Shown: in pieces, positions 24,265 through 32,000 of the stretch
Position numbering within the stretch: position 1 is the first letter of the stretch
Layout of the letters: each line of letters begins with the position of its first letter
Assembly (NCBI GenBank): GCA_015522695.1
Contig: WALT01000022.1
Span: forward strand, 17,503-49,502
Origin: Nitrososphaerota archaeon
GTDB taxonomy: Archaea > Thermoproteota > Nitrososphaeria > Conexivisphaerales > Conexivisphaeraceae
Length of the DNA stretch: 32,000 bases
Direction: 5' to 3'
Translations under genes and position numbers: made by a program
The notes under the pieces: generated by a model
What the model saw: the letters and a program-made list of their open reading frames with translations, nothing else
Told to the model about the DNA's origin: nothing
Database searches by the model: none

Positions 24265-25112
24265 CGGGGGTTGGCTAGGCCTTACATAATCTGAGCGATC
24301 CCCTACGCTAGAGGTAGAGTCTTCGCGAGGAGGGTTAAGGAGGATCGACAGGATGAGAATGATCGGAATCGGGCGATGGGGATTTTTGAGGAAGGTGAAA
24401 GAGCCTAACGGCTCGACCGTCGAGCTCTGGGTGACAGTGGACGAGTCGAGAGCTCTTCGATGACGTACGTATATGTCCCAGCCCGTTATGTACTGATATA
24501 TGATATGCTGTGCACACAACGGTCTGCACAGCATCACGTGGTTTCTTTCTATTCAAAGATCCCCCATTCACCAATTCCAGGATCTCTGGGCAAAATAATC
24601 CAGTCCTCAGAATCGACGCACACAGCTGCAGCCATCAAATAATACTGCGTTCAGGGGGTTTCCTCCGGGCAAATTCAGATTCCCTACGGGTTCCTGGTGA
24701 CCAATCCTTATAGATGATCAGGATTTCCAGCATTCCAAATACAGCTAAATTATCTTTCCAAGGGTACTCATCTACCTCATTGGCGAGCCTCGCGCTTCCG
24801 ACGTCCACAAGTGCAGCACTCAGCCCCATGATCGATGATCGTCTGTCGAAACGACCTCAGTTAAAGGTACTTGGAGTTGACTGCATGCACCGGTTAAAAT
24901 AATCGGTAGCGATCGGGATCAAAGACCCAATCCTCATAACGATGGTGAATTATAGAAGCAGTTTAAGCCAGCTCCTCGCCGAATTGGCGATGTTATTTTG
25001 CATTGAGAATGTTAATTCTATTCAGCATCCTTGACACATCTTCATACGTGAAGGCCTGCTCAGGGCTCCAGCAATACACTTATCCTTAATCACAACGGCA
25101 GAGGAAGATATC

Positions 25113-25658
25113 ATGAGGGAGGACGTTCTGTTCGCGATGTATGAGGTCGCGGTTCTGTCATCCTCCGGCTATGGTGTACCGGAGATCATCAGAAAGCTCT
25201 CGGAATCTGAAAGCGTTGTAGGTCGCTCGTTCAGGATCGTGCTCAAGGAATATGATTCAGGTATAACGCTGGAGAGGTCCCTCAGAAGACGTTCAAGAAG
25301 GGTTGAGGATGAGGGATTGAAGAGGTTGATGTCGATCTTAGCAGACACGATGGAGGGTAAAGTGTCTGATCTCAGAGGATCCGTATCCTCCCTTACGAGG
25401 AGGTATCTCCATGGTTGGGGATGGAAAGGCTATGTGTCGAAGGTCAAGATCATCTTCACCGCCATCACGATATTACTTTCCATACCGCTCTTGGTGTCCA
25501 CACTGTTGATAGTGTTGGGAGGTGCCCTGGAGAACCTCCCGATAATAGGGATGAGGATACCAAGCTATACGTTATTGTCCAGCCTCACGCTCTATTCCGG
25601 CCTCGTCCTTTCAGCGCTGGCGACCCTTATATTATGGTTGCTCTCTCGAGGGAGGTAA
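25113..25658 (+). CDS. type IV pilus/Tad-like platform protein, half-size (single T2SSF-like domain)
   Basis: 181 aa. The cytoplasmic helical domain (LSSSGYGVPEIIRKLSE...GITLERSLRR...LADTMEGK) resembles a FlaJ/TadB-C T2SSF domain and is followed by hydrophobic segments. Confidence 0.7.
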   Translation: MREDVLFAMYEVAVLSSSGYGVPEIIRKLSESESVVGRSFRIVLKEYDSGITLERSLRRRSRRVEDEGLKRLMSILADTMEGKVSDLRGSVSSLTRRYLHGWGWKGYVSKVKIIFTAITILLSIPLLVSTLLIVLGGALENLPIIGMRIPSYTLLSSLTLYSGLVLSALATLILWLLSRGR

Positions 25659-25663
25659 GTAGG

Positions 25664-26341
25664 ATGATGATATCGTTCTTGGTGCTAATGACCCTGGATG
25701 CTATCGCCGGCGGAGGCGGCGTCTATCTGCTATTACGTCACCTGAAGAGGGTGCAAGAGGAAAGGGAGCTTTTGCTGATATTATCTAAATCCAGGGATAT
25801 AATCGAGTCCGGTTATTCCTTCAGGGAATCCCTCTTCGAGATAGGTAAGAAGCATAGCTCTCGATTGGCGAAGAGGCTAGTCGAGGAGTCCAGCGATGTC
25901 GGCATGAGCGACATGTTATTGAAGCTCTCCAAGCTCACCAAAAGCAGGACTGCCTCTAGGATCTATGATCTGTTGGCGATATCGGTCTCCAGAGAGAGGG
26001 GCTTAAGCCGTACACTCGAGGACCTTGAGGGCTACATGAGGGCCAAGATCGAGTTCTCCCAGGAGTTGACATCGATCACGTTATCCGGCGTACTGCTTTC
26101 GCTGATCCTCACTGGCCTATTCTTATATACCAGTGCACTCTCTCTGAACATGCTGGGCAGCAGCATACCCCGGATGGTTGCACAAAGCTTCTCACAGATG
26201 CTCCTCTACTATCCATTCGCCGCCGGGGCTATATTGGCGTTCGCCGCCGGGGCGGTGGACAGGAGCATATTACGTGTCCTGATCTTGGTCCCTCTGGCCT
26301 CTTCCGTCATGTTCTTGATGGTGATGCTAGGTGGCATCTGA
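25664..26341 (+). CDS. type IV pilus/Tad-like platform protein, second half-size subunit
   Basis: The ATG at 25664 is preceded by GGAGG, 5 nt after the upstream stop (the track ORF opens at 25415 inside the previous gene). Layout is an N-terminal TM, a T2SSF-like helical domain (IIESGYSFRESLFEIG...LSRTLEDLEGY), then C-terminal TMs. Confidence 0.7.
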   Translation: MMISFLVLMTLDAIAGGGGVYLLLRHLKRVQEERELLLILSKSRDIIESGYSFRESLFEIGKKHSSRLAKRLVEESSDVGMSDMLLKLSKLTKSRTASRIYDLLAISVSRERGLSRTLEDLEGYMRAKIEFSQELTSITLSGVLLSLILTGLFLYTSALSLNMLGSSIPRMVAQSFSQMLLYYPFAAGAILAFAAGAVDRSILRVLILVPLASSVMFLMVMLGGI

Positions 26342-26342
26342 C

Positions 26343-27524
26343 ATGAGCGGGACTAACGCGAAGGAGGGACCTGTCGACTCATGTCTATATCATGTGGAAG
26401 GTGCTGGGCTCGATGGCTTGGAGAGCTTATTGAACGACGACGACCTGGAGGAGTTGATGATACTTGGCTATGATAAACCGGTGAGGGTATATCATCGCGA
26501 ATCTGGTTCATGTGAAACGAACCTGATCCTGGATAAAACGGATATAGATGAACTCGTCGAGAGGTTAAGAAAGGCCAATCCCTATGCTGGGAGCTCCTCC
26601 TACTTCGACGCCCGATTGCCCGATGGCAGTAGAGCTAACGTCATCCTACCTCCGATATCTGTATGGGGTCCAGCAGTCACCGTGCGTAAGTTTCCACGGG
26701 AGCCCATCTCGGTCATGAAGCTCATCGAATCCGGAACCCTGAACCTAGATGCAGCCGCTCTGCTGTGGTTATACGTCGAGGGGATCTGGGAGAGACCGGC
26801 CAATCTGATCGTGGTCGGCGGTACTGGGACGGGTAAGACCACGTTGTTGAATGCCCTCACATCGTTCTTCCATGAAGAGGAACGGGTTATAACGATAGAG
26901 GACGTCGCTGAGCTCAACATGGCCCATGAGAACTGGGTCAGACTTGAGGTTCCATTCGGTAGTGGGGTAACGCTCGATGACCTGCTCAAGAACGCCCTCA
27001 GGATGAGGCCCGATAGGATCGTCGTGGGTGAAGTTCGGGGCTCAGAGGCTGAAACACTGTTCAACGCGATGAACACAGGACACGAAGGGGTCCTGGGAAC
27101 CCTTCATGCTAACTCGGCATACGACGCGCTGAGGAGGCTTAACAGCACGCCGATGAACGTACCGAAACAGATGCTCAGGCTCCTCGATGTCATAGTCGTC
27201 ATGGGGGTTGTCGTCACCGGCGGTCGGCGAAGGAGGATGGTCGTGGAGATCAGCGAGACTTCAGGTGGAGAGCAGGATCTTCCAAGGATAAGCACAATAA
27301 TGAAGCTCGAAAGGGAGACGCTCTCACTGGTTCCGACCGGCGTGCCGAGCGGATTTAGGGACATGTTGGCCGGAAGATCCGGTATGAGTCCTAGACAGGT
27401 GGCTGAAGAGCTCGGAAGACGAAGGTCCTTCCTCGGGAAACTTGTGGGCGGCACCGGTGGCTTCAGAGGATTCTACGATCACGTACAAGATTACTACCGC
27501 TCCGAGAAATCGCATGCTCGTTAG
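26343..27524 (+). CDS. FlaI/TadA(CpaF)/VirB11-type secretion ATPase
   Basis: Walker A GGTGTGKTT, ITIEDVAEL, Walker B/Asp box RPDRIVVGEVRG.EA, and His box NTGHEGVLGTLHANSA. ATG 26343 lies 1 nt after the upstream stop; an alternative GTG is at 26331. Confidence 0.9.
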   Translation: MSGTNAKEGPVDSCLYHVEGAGLDGLESLLNDDDLEELMILGYDKPVRVYHRESGSCETNLILDKTDIDELVERLRKANPYAGSSSYFDARLPDGSRANVILPPISVWGPAVTVRKFPREPISVMKLIESGTLNLDAAALLWLYVEGIWERPANLIVVGGTGTGKTTLLNALTSFFHEEERVITIEDVAELNMAHENWVRLEVPFGSGVTLDDLLKNALRMRPDRIVVGEVRGSEAETLFNAMNTGHEGVLGTLHANSAYDALRRLNSTPMNVPKQMLRLLDVIVVMGVVVTGGRRRRMVVEISETSGGEQDLPRISTIMKLERETLSLVPTGVPSGFRDMLAGRSGMSPRQVAEELGRRRSFLGKLVGGTGGFRGFYDHVQDYYRSEKSHAR

Positions 27525-27603
27525 GGTCCTTTAAAGGCTAACGATGACATCCATGGATGATGAAAGGAGAGCGCCGTAGTCAGCAGTTCCAGAATGGATC
27601 GAC

Positions 27604-27623
27604 TTAATTAAATTAAATTAAAT
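27604..27623. repeat. 20-nt A/T-only tract built from TTAAA pentamers (ttaa ttaaa ttaaa ttaaa t)
   Basis: Read directly from the sequence. It shares ATTAAATTAAA with the hydrolase promoter tract at 23187-23207, but no ORF follows it. Confidence 0.9.
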
Positions 27624-27934
27624 GGACATCCGTGCTCCCTCCTCCTTCGACCCGTTCACCGAGTGACCTAGGTGTTCAGATGGATGGGTGGACCTCCCCC
27701 ATATGACCCTTGGCCCGAAACAGCATTGATGAAGGAGTATGTGGGGGTGTTCGACCCGATTTGGTCGGAGGGAGATCCCGGGGGAAGGCACCGTGAAGGT
27801 CTACGTCGAGTAGACCAGAACCCGATCCATAAGCCCATTGATCGTAACCCTTGTGCTCATAATAGCGTCGCTAGTTTGGGGGGATTGCTATTGACACGAT
27901 TCAGCGGATTGGTGACGGTTAAATCATCATCTTC

Positions 27935-27946
27935 TTTTCATTTTTT
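27935..27946 (+). terminator. oligo-T tracts (T4 and T6: cttcttttcatttttt)
   Basis: An archaeal-type termination signal about 320 nt downstream of the A/T-only tract. Confidence 0.35.
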
Positions 27947-28107
27947 ATTCGCGGTAGCGTCATCTGAGTACGGTCGGTCGGACCGATCTTCCATCTCCAG
28001 ATGGACCGAGTTGAGATGAAGTTCGTCGTTCTAGAAGGCTAGAGAGGATGTTCGACGTATCGGATGTGGACGACGGTTGAGTGTGATAAAATCGTTGGCA
28101 CAGCAGA

Positions 28108-28117
28108 TTTATATATA
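28108..28117 (+). promoter_or_regulatory. TATA box (tttatatata) upstream of trpB2
   Basis: Lies about 30-35 nt upstream of ATG 28146. Confidence 0.45.
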
Positions 28118-28145
28118 GCCTTGATGTATTATAACACGAGAAAAT

Positions 28146-29552
28146 ATGGTTGCTGATATAAAAGTTTTCTTAAAAGATGAAGATGTTCCAAAATATTGGT
28201 ATAATGTACTCCCAGATCTGCCGAAACCTTTACCACCTCCAGTAAACCCTCAGACACATGAACCAGTAGACCCTAAGATGCTGGAGCGGATCTTCTGCAA
28301 GGAATGCGTCAAACAGGAGATAAGCACCGAGCGTTGGATACCGATACCTGAGGAGCTCAGGGATATCTATCTGATGTGGAGGCCCACACCCCTCGTTAGG
28401 GCTAGGAGGCTCGAGGAGTATCTGAAAACCCCGGCCCGCATCTACTACAAATGGGAGGGCGTGAGCCCGCCCGGAAGTCACAAGCCGAACACGGCAGCGG
28501 CGCAGGCGTATTTCGCGGCCAAACAGGGCATAAAGAGGCTTACGACGGAGACAGGTGCTGGCCAATGGGGAAGCGCACTGGCATTCGCGACGAAGCTGGT
28601 CGGCCTGGAGGGCATGATATACATGGTCAGGGTGAGCTACTATCAGAAGCCATACAGGAGGATAATGATGGAGACGTGGGGCGCACATGTCGTGCCGAGT
28701 CCCAGCGATAGGACCGATATCGGCAGGAAATTCCTGGAACAGGATCCGAACCATCCGGGAAGCCTGGGGATATCGATAAGCGAGGCGATATGGGATGCGT
28801 TGCAGAGGGATGATACCAGGTACTCCCTTGGAAGCGTTTTGAATCATGTGATATTGCACCAGTCGATAGTCGGGTTGGAGGCTAAAATGGAGATGGAACT
28901 CTTGGACGATTATCCCGACGTCGTCACGGGCTGTGTAGGTGGAGGAAGTAACTACGGCGGATTCATGGTCCCATTCTACTACGACGTCGCATCCAAGAAG
29001 GCGCCGAAGCCCGTGAGGTTCGTGGCCGTGGAACCTACATCATGTCCAACCCTCACCAAAGGTGTGTACTCATATGACTACGGCGATACGGGCAAGCTGA
29101 CCCCGCTGGTCCCCATGTATACGCTCGGCTATAACTTCATACCTCCACCGATACACGCTGGCGGCCTGAGGTATCACGGTGATGCGCCGATACTCTGTCT
29201 ACTCAGGAAGGAGGGACAGCTGGAGGCTGCTGCATACGATCAGGTGTCGGTCTTCAAGGCGGCGCGTCTATTCGCCCAGGTCGAGGGCTTCATAGTCGCC
29301 CCCGAGACCGCACATGTCGTGAAGCACGTCATCGAGGAAGCTCTGGATGCCAAGCGCAAGAACGAGGAGAGGGTGATAATCTTCAATAACAGTGGACATG
29401 GGCTTATGGATCTGGCGGCGTATGACGCATTCCTGCAGGAGAAGCTGAAGCCATATTACTACGAGGAGGAGAAGATCAGACAATCGCTCGAGCAGCTACG
29501 CAAAGAGATTCCATGGTTGGATGAGATAAACAAGAAATACTTGGGGGCATAG
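28146..29552 (+). CDS. TrpB2-type tryptophan synthase beta-like PLP enzyme
   Basis: 468 aa with the PLP-lysine context [10 protein letters not shown] and GGGSNYGG. The long N-terminal extension is typical of TrpB2. The gene is stand-alone, with no trp operon neighbours. Confidence 0.9.
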   Translation: MVADIKVFLKDEDVPKYWYNVLPDLPKPLPPPVNPQTHEPVDPKMLERIFCKECVKQEISTERWIPIPEELRDIYLMWRPTPLVRARRLEEYLKTPARIYYKWEGVSPPGSHKPNTAAAQAYFAAKQGIKRLTTETGAGQWGSALAFATKLVGLEGMIYMVRVSYYQKPYRRIMMETWGAHVVPSPSDRTDIGRKFLEQDPNHPGSLGISISEAIWDALQRDDTRYSLGSVLNHVILHQSIVGLEAKMEMELLDDYPDVVTGCVGGGSNYGGFMVPFYYDVASKKAPKPVRFVAVEPTSCPTLTKGVYSYDYGDTGKLTPLVPMYTLGYNFIPPPIHAGGLRYHGDAPILCLLRKEGQLEAAAYDQVSVFKAARLFAQVEGFIVAPETAHVVKHVIEEALDAKRKNEERVIIFNNSGHGLMDLAAYDAFLQEKLKPYYYEEEKIRQSLEQLRKEIPWLDEINKKYLGA

Positions 29553-29566
29553 ATCTCCTATAACTT

Positions 29567-30592
29567 TCAACTCATAGGCACTGGTGGTTTTATTTCTTTG
29601 GCTTTCTCCTCAGCTATGACCGTATTTCTCAATATTCCTATCTTCTCTATCTCGGCCTCAATGACATCGCCCGCCTTGAGATAGTATCGGAATGGATCGT
29701 CCCTGAACGCCGCTACTCCGGAAACTGTACCGGTCGTGACTATATCGCCCGGATATAGTGTGATCACGGAGTACCTTGAGATTATCTCCGGTATCGCGAC
29801 CGATAGATTCCAAGTGCCCGATTGCTGTCTGGGCTCGCCGTTCACCCTCAGCTCCATCTTCAATTTATGTGGATCCTCTATCTCATCCTTGAGCGCTATA
29901 CATGGCCCTAGAGGCGCAAATGTATCCATGTTCTTGCCCAAGTTGAGCAGACCGTTCTTCATCTCTATCCTCTGGATATCCCTGGCGGTTATATCGTTGA
30001 AGATAGTGTATCCAGCTATACAATTCCAAGCCCCTTCCGGGGTCACATCCTTGCACTTGCTGCCTATCACTATCCCCATCTCGAGCTCATAGTCCAGCTC
30101 CTTCGTGTATCTCGGGTAAACCACGGATTCATCGGGACCTATCACAGCGTCCGGATTCTTGAGGAACGATATCCACTGAGGTATCGGGAACTCCCAGCCG
30201 GCTTTCTGTGCTTCCTTCGCATGCTCCCTGAAGTTACCGGCAGTATGCACTATCTTACCTGGTCTTGGGATGGGCGCCTTTATCTCAACCTTCCCAAGCT
30301 CATAGGATGCCATCTCCCCATTAGGGCCCTCGACGACCCCTTCCTCTTCCAATAACTTACCGGCGTATTCCTGAGTTTCCCTGGCGGCCTGTAGCGTCCT
30401 CTCTCCTCCCCGTAGGAACTCGATCATGTCAGTTGGTGCTAGGACTTGAGCCAACCTGTAGGGCACCTCCGCCTCACCCCTCTTGACGAGGAGAGCTACG
30501 TATGCCCGGTTAAGGTCGATGACGAACTCATCCTTCAATATCCCAACTCTCCGCTCCTTCACTGCAGGATCGATGTACGTAACCAGTTTCAT
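29567..30592 (-). CDS. fumarylacetoacetate hydrolase (FAH) family protein
   Basis: 341 aa. N-terminal MKLVTY...RVGIL domain, then an FAH core with GDIVTTGTVSGV and E/D metal-ligand regions (DYELEMGIVIG). Confidence 0.9.
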   Translation of the reverse strand: MKLVTYIDPAVKERRVGILKDEFVIDLNRAYVALLVKRGEAEVPYRLAQVLAPTDMIEFLRGGERTLQAARETQEYAGKLLEEEGVVEGPNGEMASYELGKVEIKAPIPRPGKIVHTAGNFREHAKEAQKAGWEFPIPQWISFLKNPDAVIGPDESVVYPRYTKELDYELEMGIVIGSKCKDVTPEGAWNCIAGYTIFNDITARDIQRIEMKNGLLNLGKNMDTFAPLGPCIALKDEIEDPHKLKMELRVNGEPRQQSGTWNLSVAIPEIISRYSVITLYPGDIVTTGTVSGVAAFRDDPFRYYLKAGDVIEAEIEKIGILRNTVIAEEKAKEIKPPVPMS

Positions 30593-30683
30593 AGCGATCT
30601 ATCCCAGCCCTTTCCTTCATTTAATCCTTACCATCCGATCGGCGATAATTCCTAAATATAACGTGGGCCATAGCGGGGACGCA

Positions 30684-31511
30684 ATGGGGTCAGAGGATAT
30701 GGAGAAGTTGTTGTCCGAGATATCGAAACTTAAGGTTTACGACCTGAGCCAGCCATATTTCAACGGGATGCCCATACATCCTGAGGACCCACCATTTCAC
30801 ATGTGGATCTATAGATATCATGAGAACACGATCAAGATGTTCAGGGATAAGGCTCCAGGATTGAATTTCGCCGACTCCATGGAGATAATAGTGACCAGCA
30901 TGCATGCCGGTACGCACTTCGATGCATTCTGTCACATGTCCAGAAATGGTCTACTACGTGAAGGCGTTAAAGCAGCCGACATAGAGAGATTCGATGGATA
31001 TACCAAATATGGTGTAGATGAGGCACCGATATACGTCAGGAGGGGGATACTCATCGACGTCCCCGCCTCTAAGGGTCTGGATATACTTCCGGAGAGGTAT
31101 GCCATAACATCGGAGGATCTGAAGGAGGCCCTCGAGTGGGAAGGCGTCGAGTTGGGGGAAGGCGATGTGGCCCTGATCAGGACCGGTTACTCCAGGTTCT
31201 TCCAGAAGGATCCAGATGCATACCTACATAAGTTCGCCGGCATGTCATCTGAGGCCACCAGGTGGATCGCTGAAAGGAAGGTCGGTCTGGTCGGGATAGA
31301 TAATGTGGCGCTCGGCGTACCCAAGCCCTTCGAGCAGCACCTGATATTATTGGTGGACTTCGGTATACACCTGATGAAGAGCCTGTACTTGGAGGAGTTG
31401 GCGAGGGATAAGCAGTTCGTGTCGCTTGTGTTCGTTGCGCCACTTAAGATAAAGGGTGCAACGGGAAGTCTGATAAGACCGATAGCCGTCGCACGGGCGC
31501 CGAAGGAATAG
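30684..31511 (+). CDS. cyclase-family protein (kynurenine-formamidase-like fold)
   Basis: HxGTHxDxxxH motif (MHAGTHFDAFCH). The track ORF opens at 30483 inside the divergent FAH gene. ATG 30684 sits about 27 nt after the TATA-like ctaaatataac; an alternative ATG is at 30699. Confidence 0.85.
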   Translation: MGSEDMEKLLSEISKLKVYDLSQPYFNGMPIHPEDPPFHMWIYRYHENTIKMFRDKAPGLNFADSMEIIVTSMHAGTHFDAFCHMSRNGLLREGVKAADIERFDGYTKYGVDEAPIYVRRGILIDVPASKGLDILPERYAITSEDLKEALEWEGVELGEGDVALIRTGYSRFFQKDPDAYLHKFAGMSSEATRWIAERKVGLVGIDNVALGVPKPFEQHLILLVDFGIHLMKSLYLEELARDKQFVSLVFVAPLKIKGATGSLIRPIAVARAPKE

Positions 31512-31934
31512 AAATCAATCCATCTCCTCATAATCTACCACTTTTGTTTGTCAACTGGATTTGGATTCGACGATACTCTAGACCATCTGACAGCTTCATG
31601 AACTATAGGGTGCTCCTATTATGACCTGAAAGCGGATCCTCCGGATGTCCCATCTATCGACATTCGATGACGAGATGAGGGCAGCCATGTCCAGGGTTTT
31701 GGGTGGTTGAAACGTTATCAGAGGGGTGATCGAAGCAGGGAAATCGAGCTCGTGGCAGATCAGGGGATTTAAACCAAGGTGCGTATGGAATCCTGAGTTC
31801 CCGATAGGACCTGGTGGACATCGTGCATAACAATATATAAGGCCGAGGTCCATTTCTCGGGCGACATGAGCTGGGGTGCGCTCGAGGAGGTACCGGAGGA
31901 GGTCCCCAGGAGGAGGAGGGAACATCCATCATGT

Positions 31935-32000
31935 ATGAGGTTCGTCGACAGGAAGGTGTTGGTCACCGGCGCCGGGAGGGGCCTTGGCCGTCTAATAGCC
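31935..32000 (+). CDS. short-chain dehydrogenase/reductase, N-terminal fragment (continues beyond the window)
   Basis: Own translation: MRFVDRKVLVTGAGRGLGRLIA, which contains TGxxxGxG. An in-frame ATG at 31866 lies about 28 nt after the TATA-like caatatataagg and could be the true, leaderless start. Confidence 0.6.
   Translation, partial: MRFVDRKVLVTGAGRGLGRLIA

Noticed and set aside
27640-27950. SRP (7S) RNA or RNase P RNA in the roughly 300-nt promoter-to-oligo-T interval; the other gaps were considered in the same way
   Set aside because: I could not find the conserved SRP helix-8 motif (GGAA tetraloop context with AGCA) or the RNase P CR-I/CR-V blocks (GGAAAGTCC, ACAGAA..CGGCTTA). CCCGGGGGAAGGCACC is only vaguely similar. 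The ncRNA idea is kept only as a generic candidate.
27672-28019. 115-aa GTG-initiated ORF downstream of the ATPase gene
   Set aside because: The composition is Pro/Gly/Ser/Arg-rich with no motifs. The frame reads straight through T4/T6 terminator-like tracts, and there is no SD or TATA at the right distance.
22861-28145. Integrated element bounded by a duplicated tRNA 3' segment (att sites), with an integrase
   Set aside because: By eye I found no second copy of the tRNA 3' half (GGTTCAAATCCCGCCCGAGGC or substantial parts of it) anywhere in the window, and no integrase or transposase-like ORF. Only circumstantial evidence for an island remains, and that is reported separately.
1-32000. CRISPR arrays, IS elements, inteins, tRNA introns and rRNA genes
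   Set aside because: There are no regularly spaced direct repeats of 24 nt or more. No transposase motifs or terminal inverted repeats were seen. The PolB motifs are contiguous with no intein blocks. The tRNA-Thr folds without an intron. No rRNA-like conserved sequence was seen.

Overview
This is an archaeal chromosomal segment. It encodes TFB, aSUI1, RNA polymerase subunit P, a family-B DNA polymerase and a ThrRS with the archaeal-type N-terminal editing domain. Promoters look like TATA boxes about 25 nt upstream of start codons, and codon usage is rich in AGG/AGA/ATA (Thermoproteota-like; the taxon cannot be fixed from sequence alone). Positions 1-19.9 kb are tightly packed housekeeping genes with spacers mostly under 100 bp and many 4-nt overlaps: a thiolase-like gene with HMG-CoA synthase, rpoP, TyrRS, PolB, agmatinase, Nudix, EndoIII, ThrRS, a PPP phosphatase, a resolvase-like protein, a DHH phosphoesterase, cupin, HAD, TFB, a dCTP-deaminase-like protein, a CPBP protease and aSUI1. 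From about 19.9 kb the architecture changes: five ORF-poor gaps of roughly 350-880 bp appear. They surround a tRNA-Thr(GGU), an alpha/beta hydrolase with visibly different codon usage, and an isolated three-gene type IV pilus/Tad-like module (two half-size platform proteins plus a FlaI/TadA-type ATPase) with no pilin or prepilin peptidase nearby. The window ends with TrpB2, an FAH-family hydrolase, a cyclase-family protein and the start of an SDR. The best candidates for something new are: (1) the orphan pilus-like module and its promoter-like but ORF-less flanks next to the tRNA; (2) a serine-recombinase homologue whose catalytic Ser and Asp-Arg positions are substituted, sitting beside a DHH phosphoesterase and an orphan protein; (3) a thiolase-like gene translationally coupled to HMG-CoA synthase that has His where the nucleophilic Cys is expected. 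No CRISPR array, transposase, integrase or rRNA was seen. All functional calls rest on motif recognition by eye, because no database search was possible.
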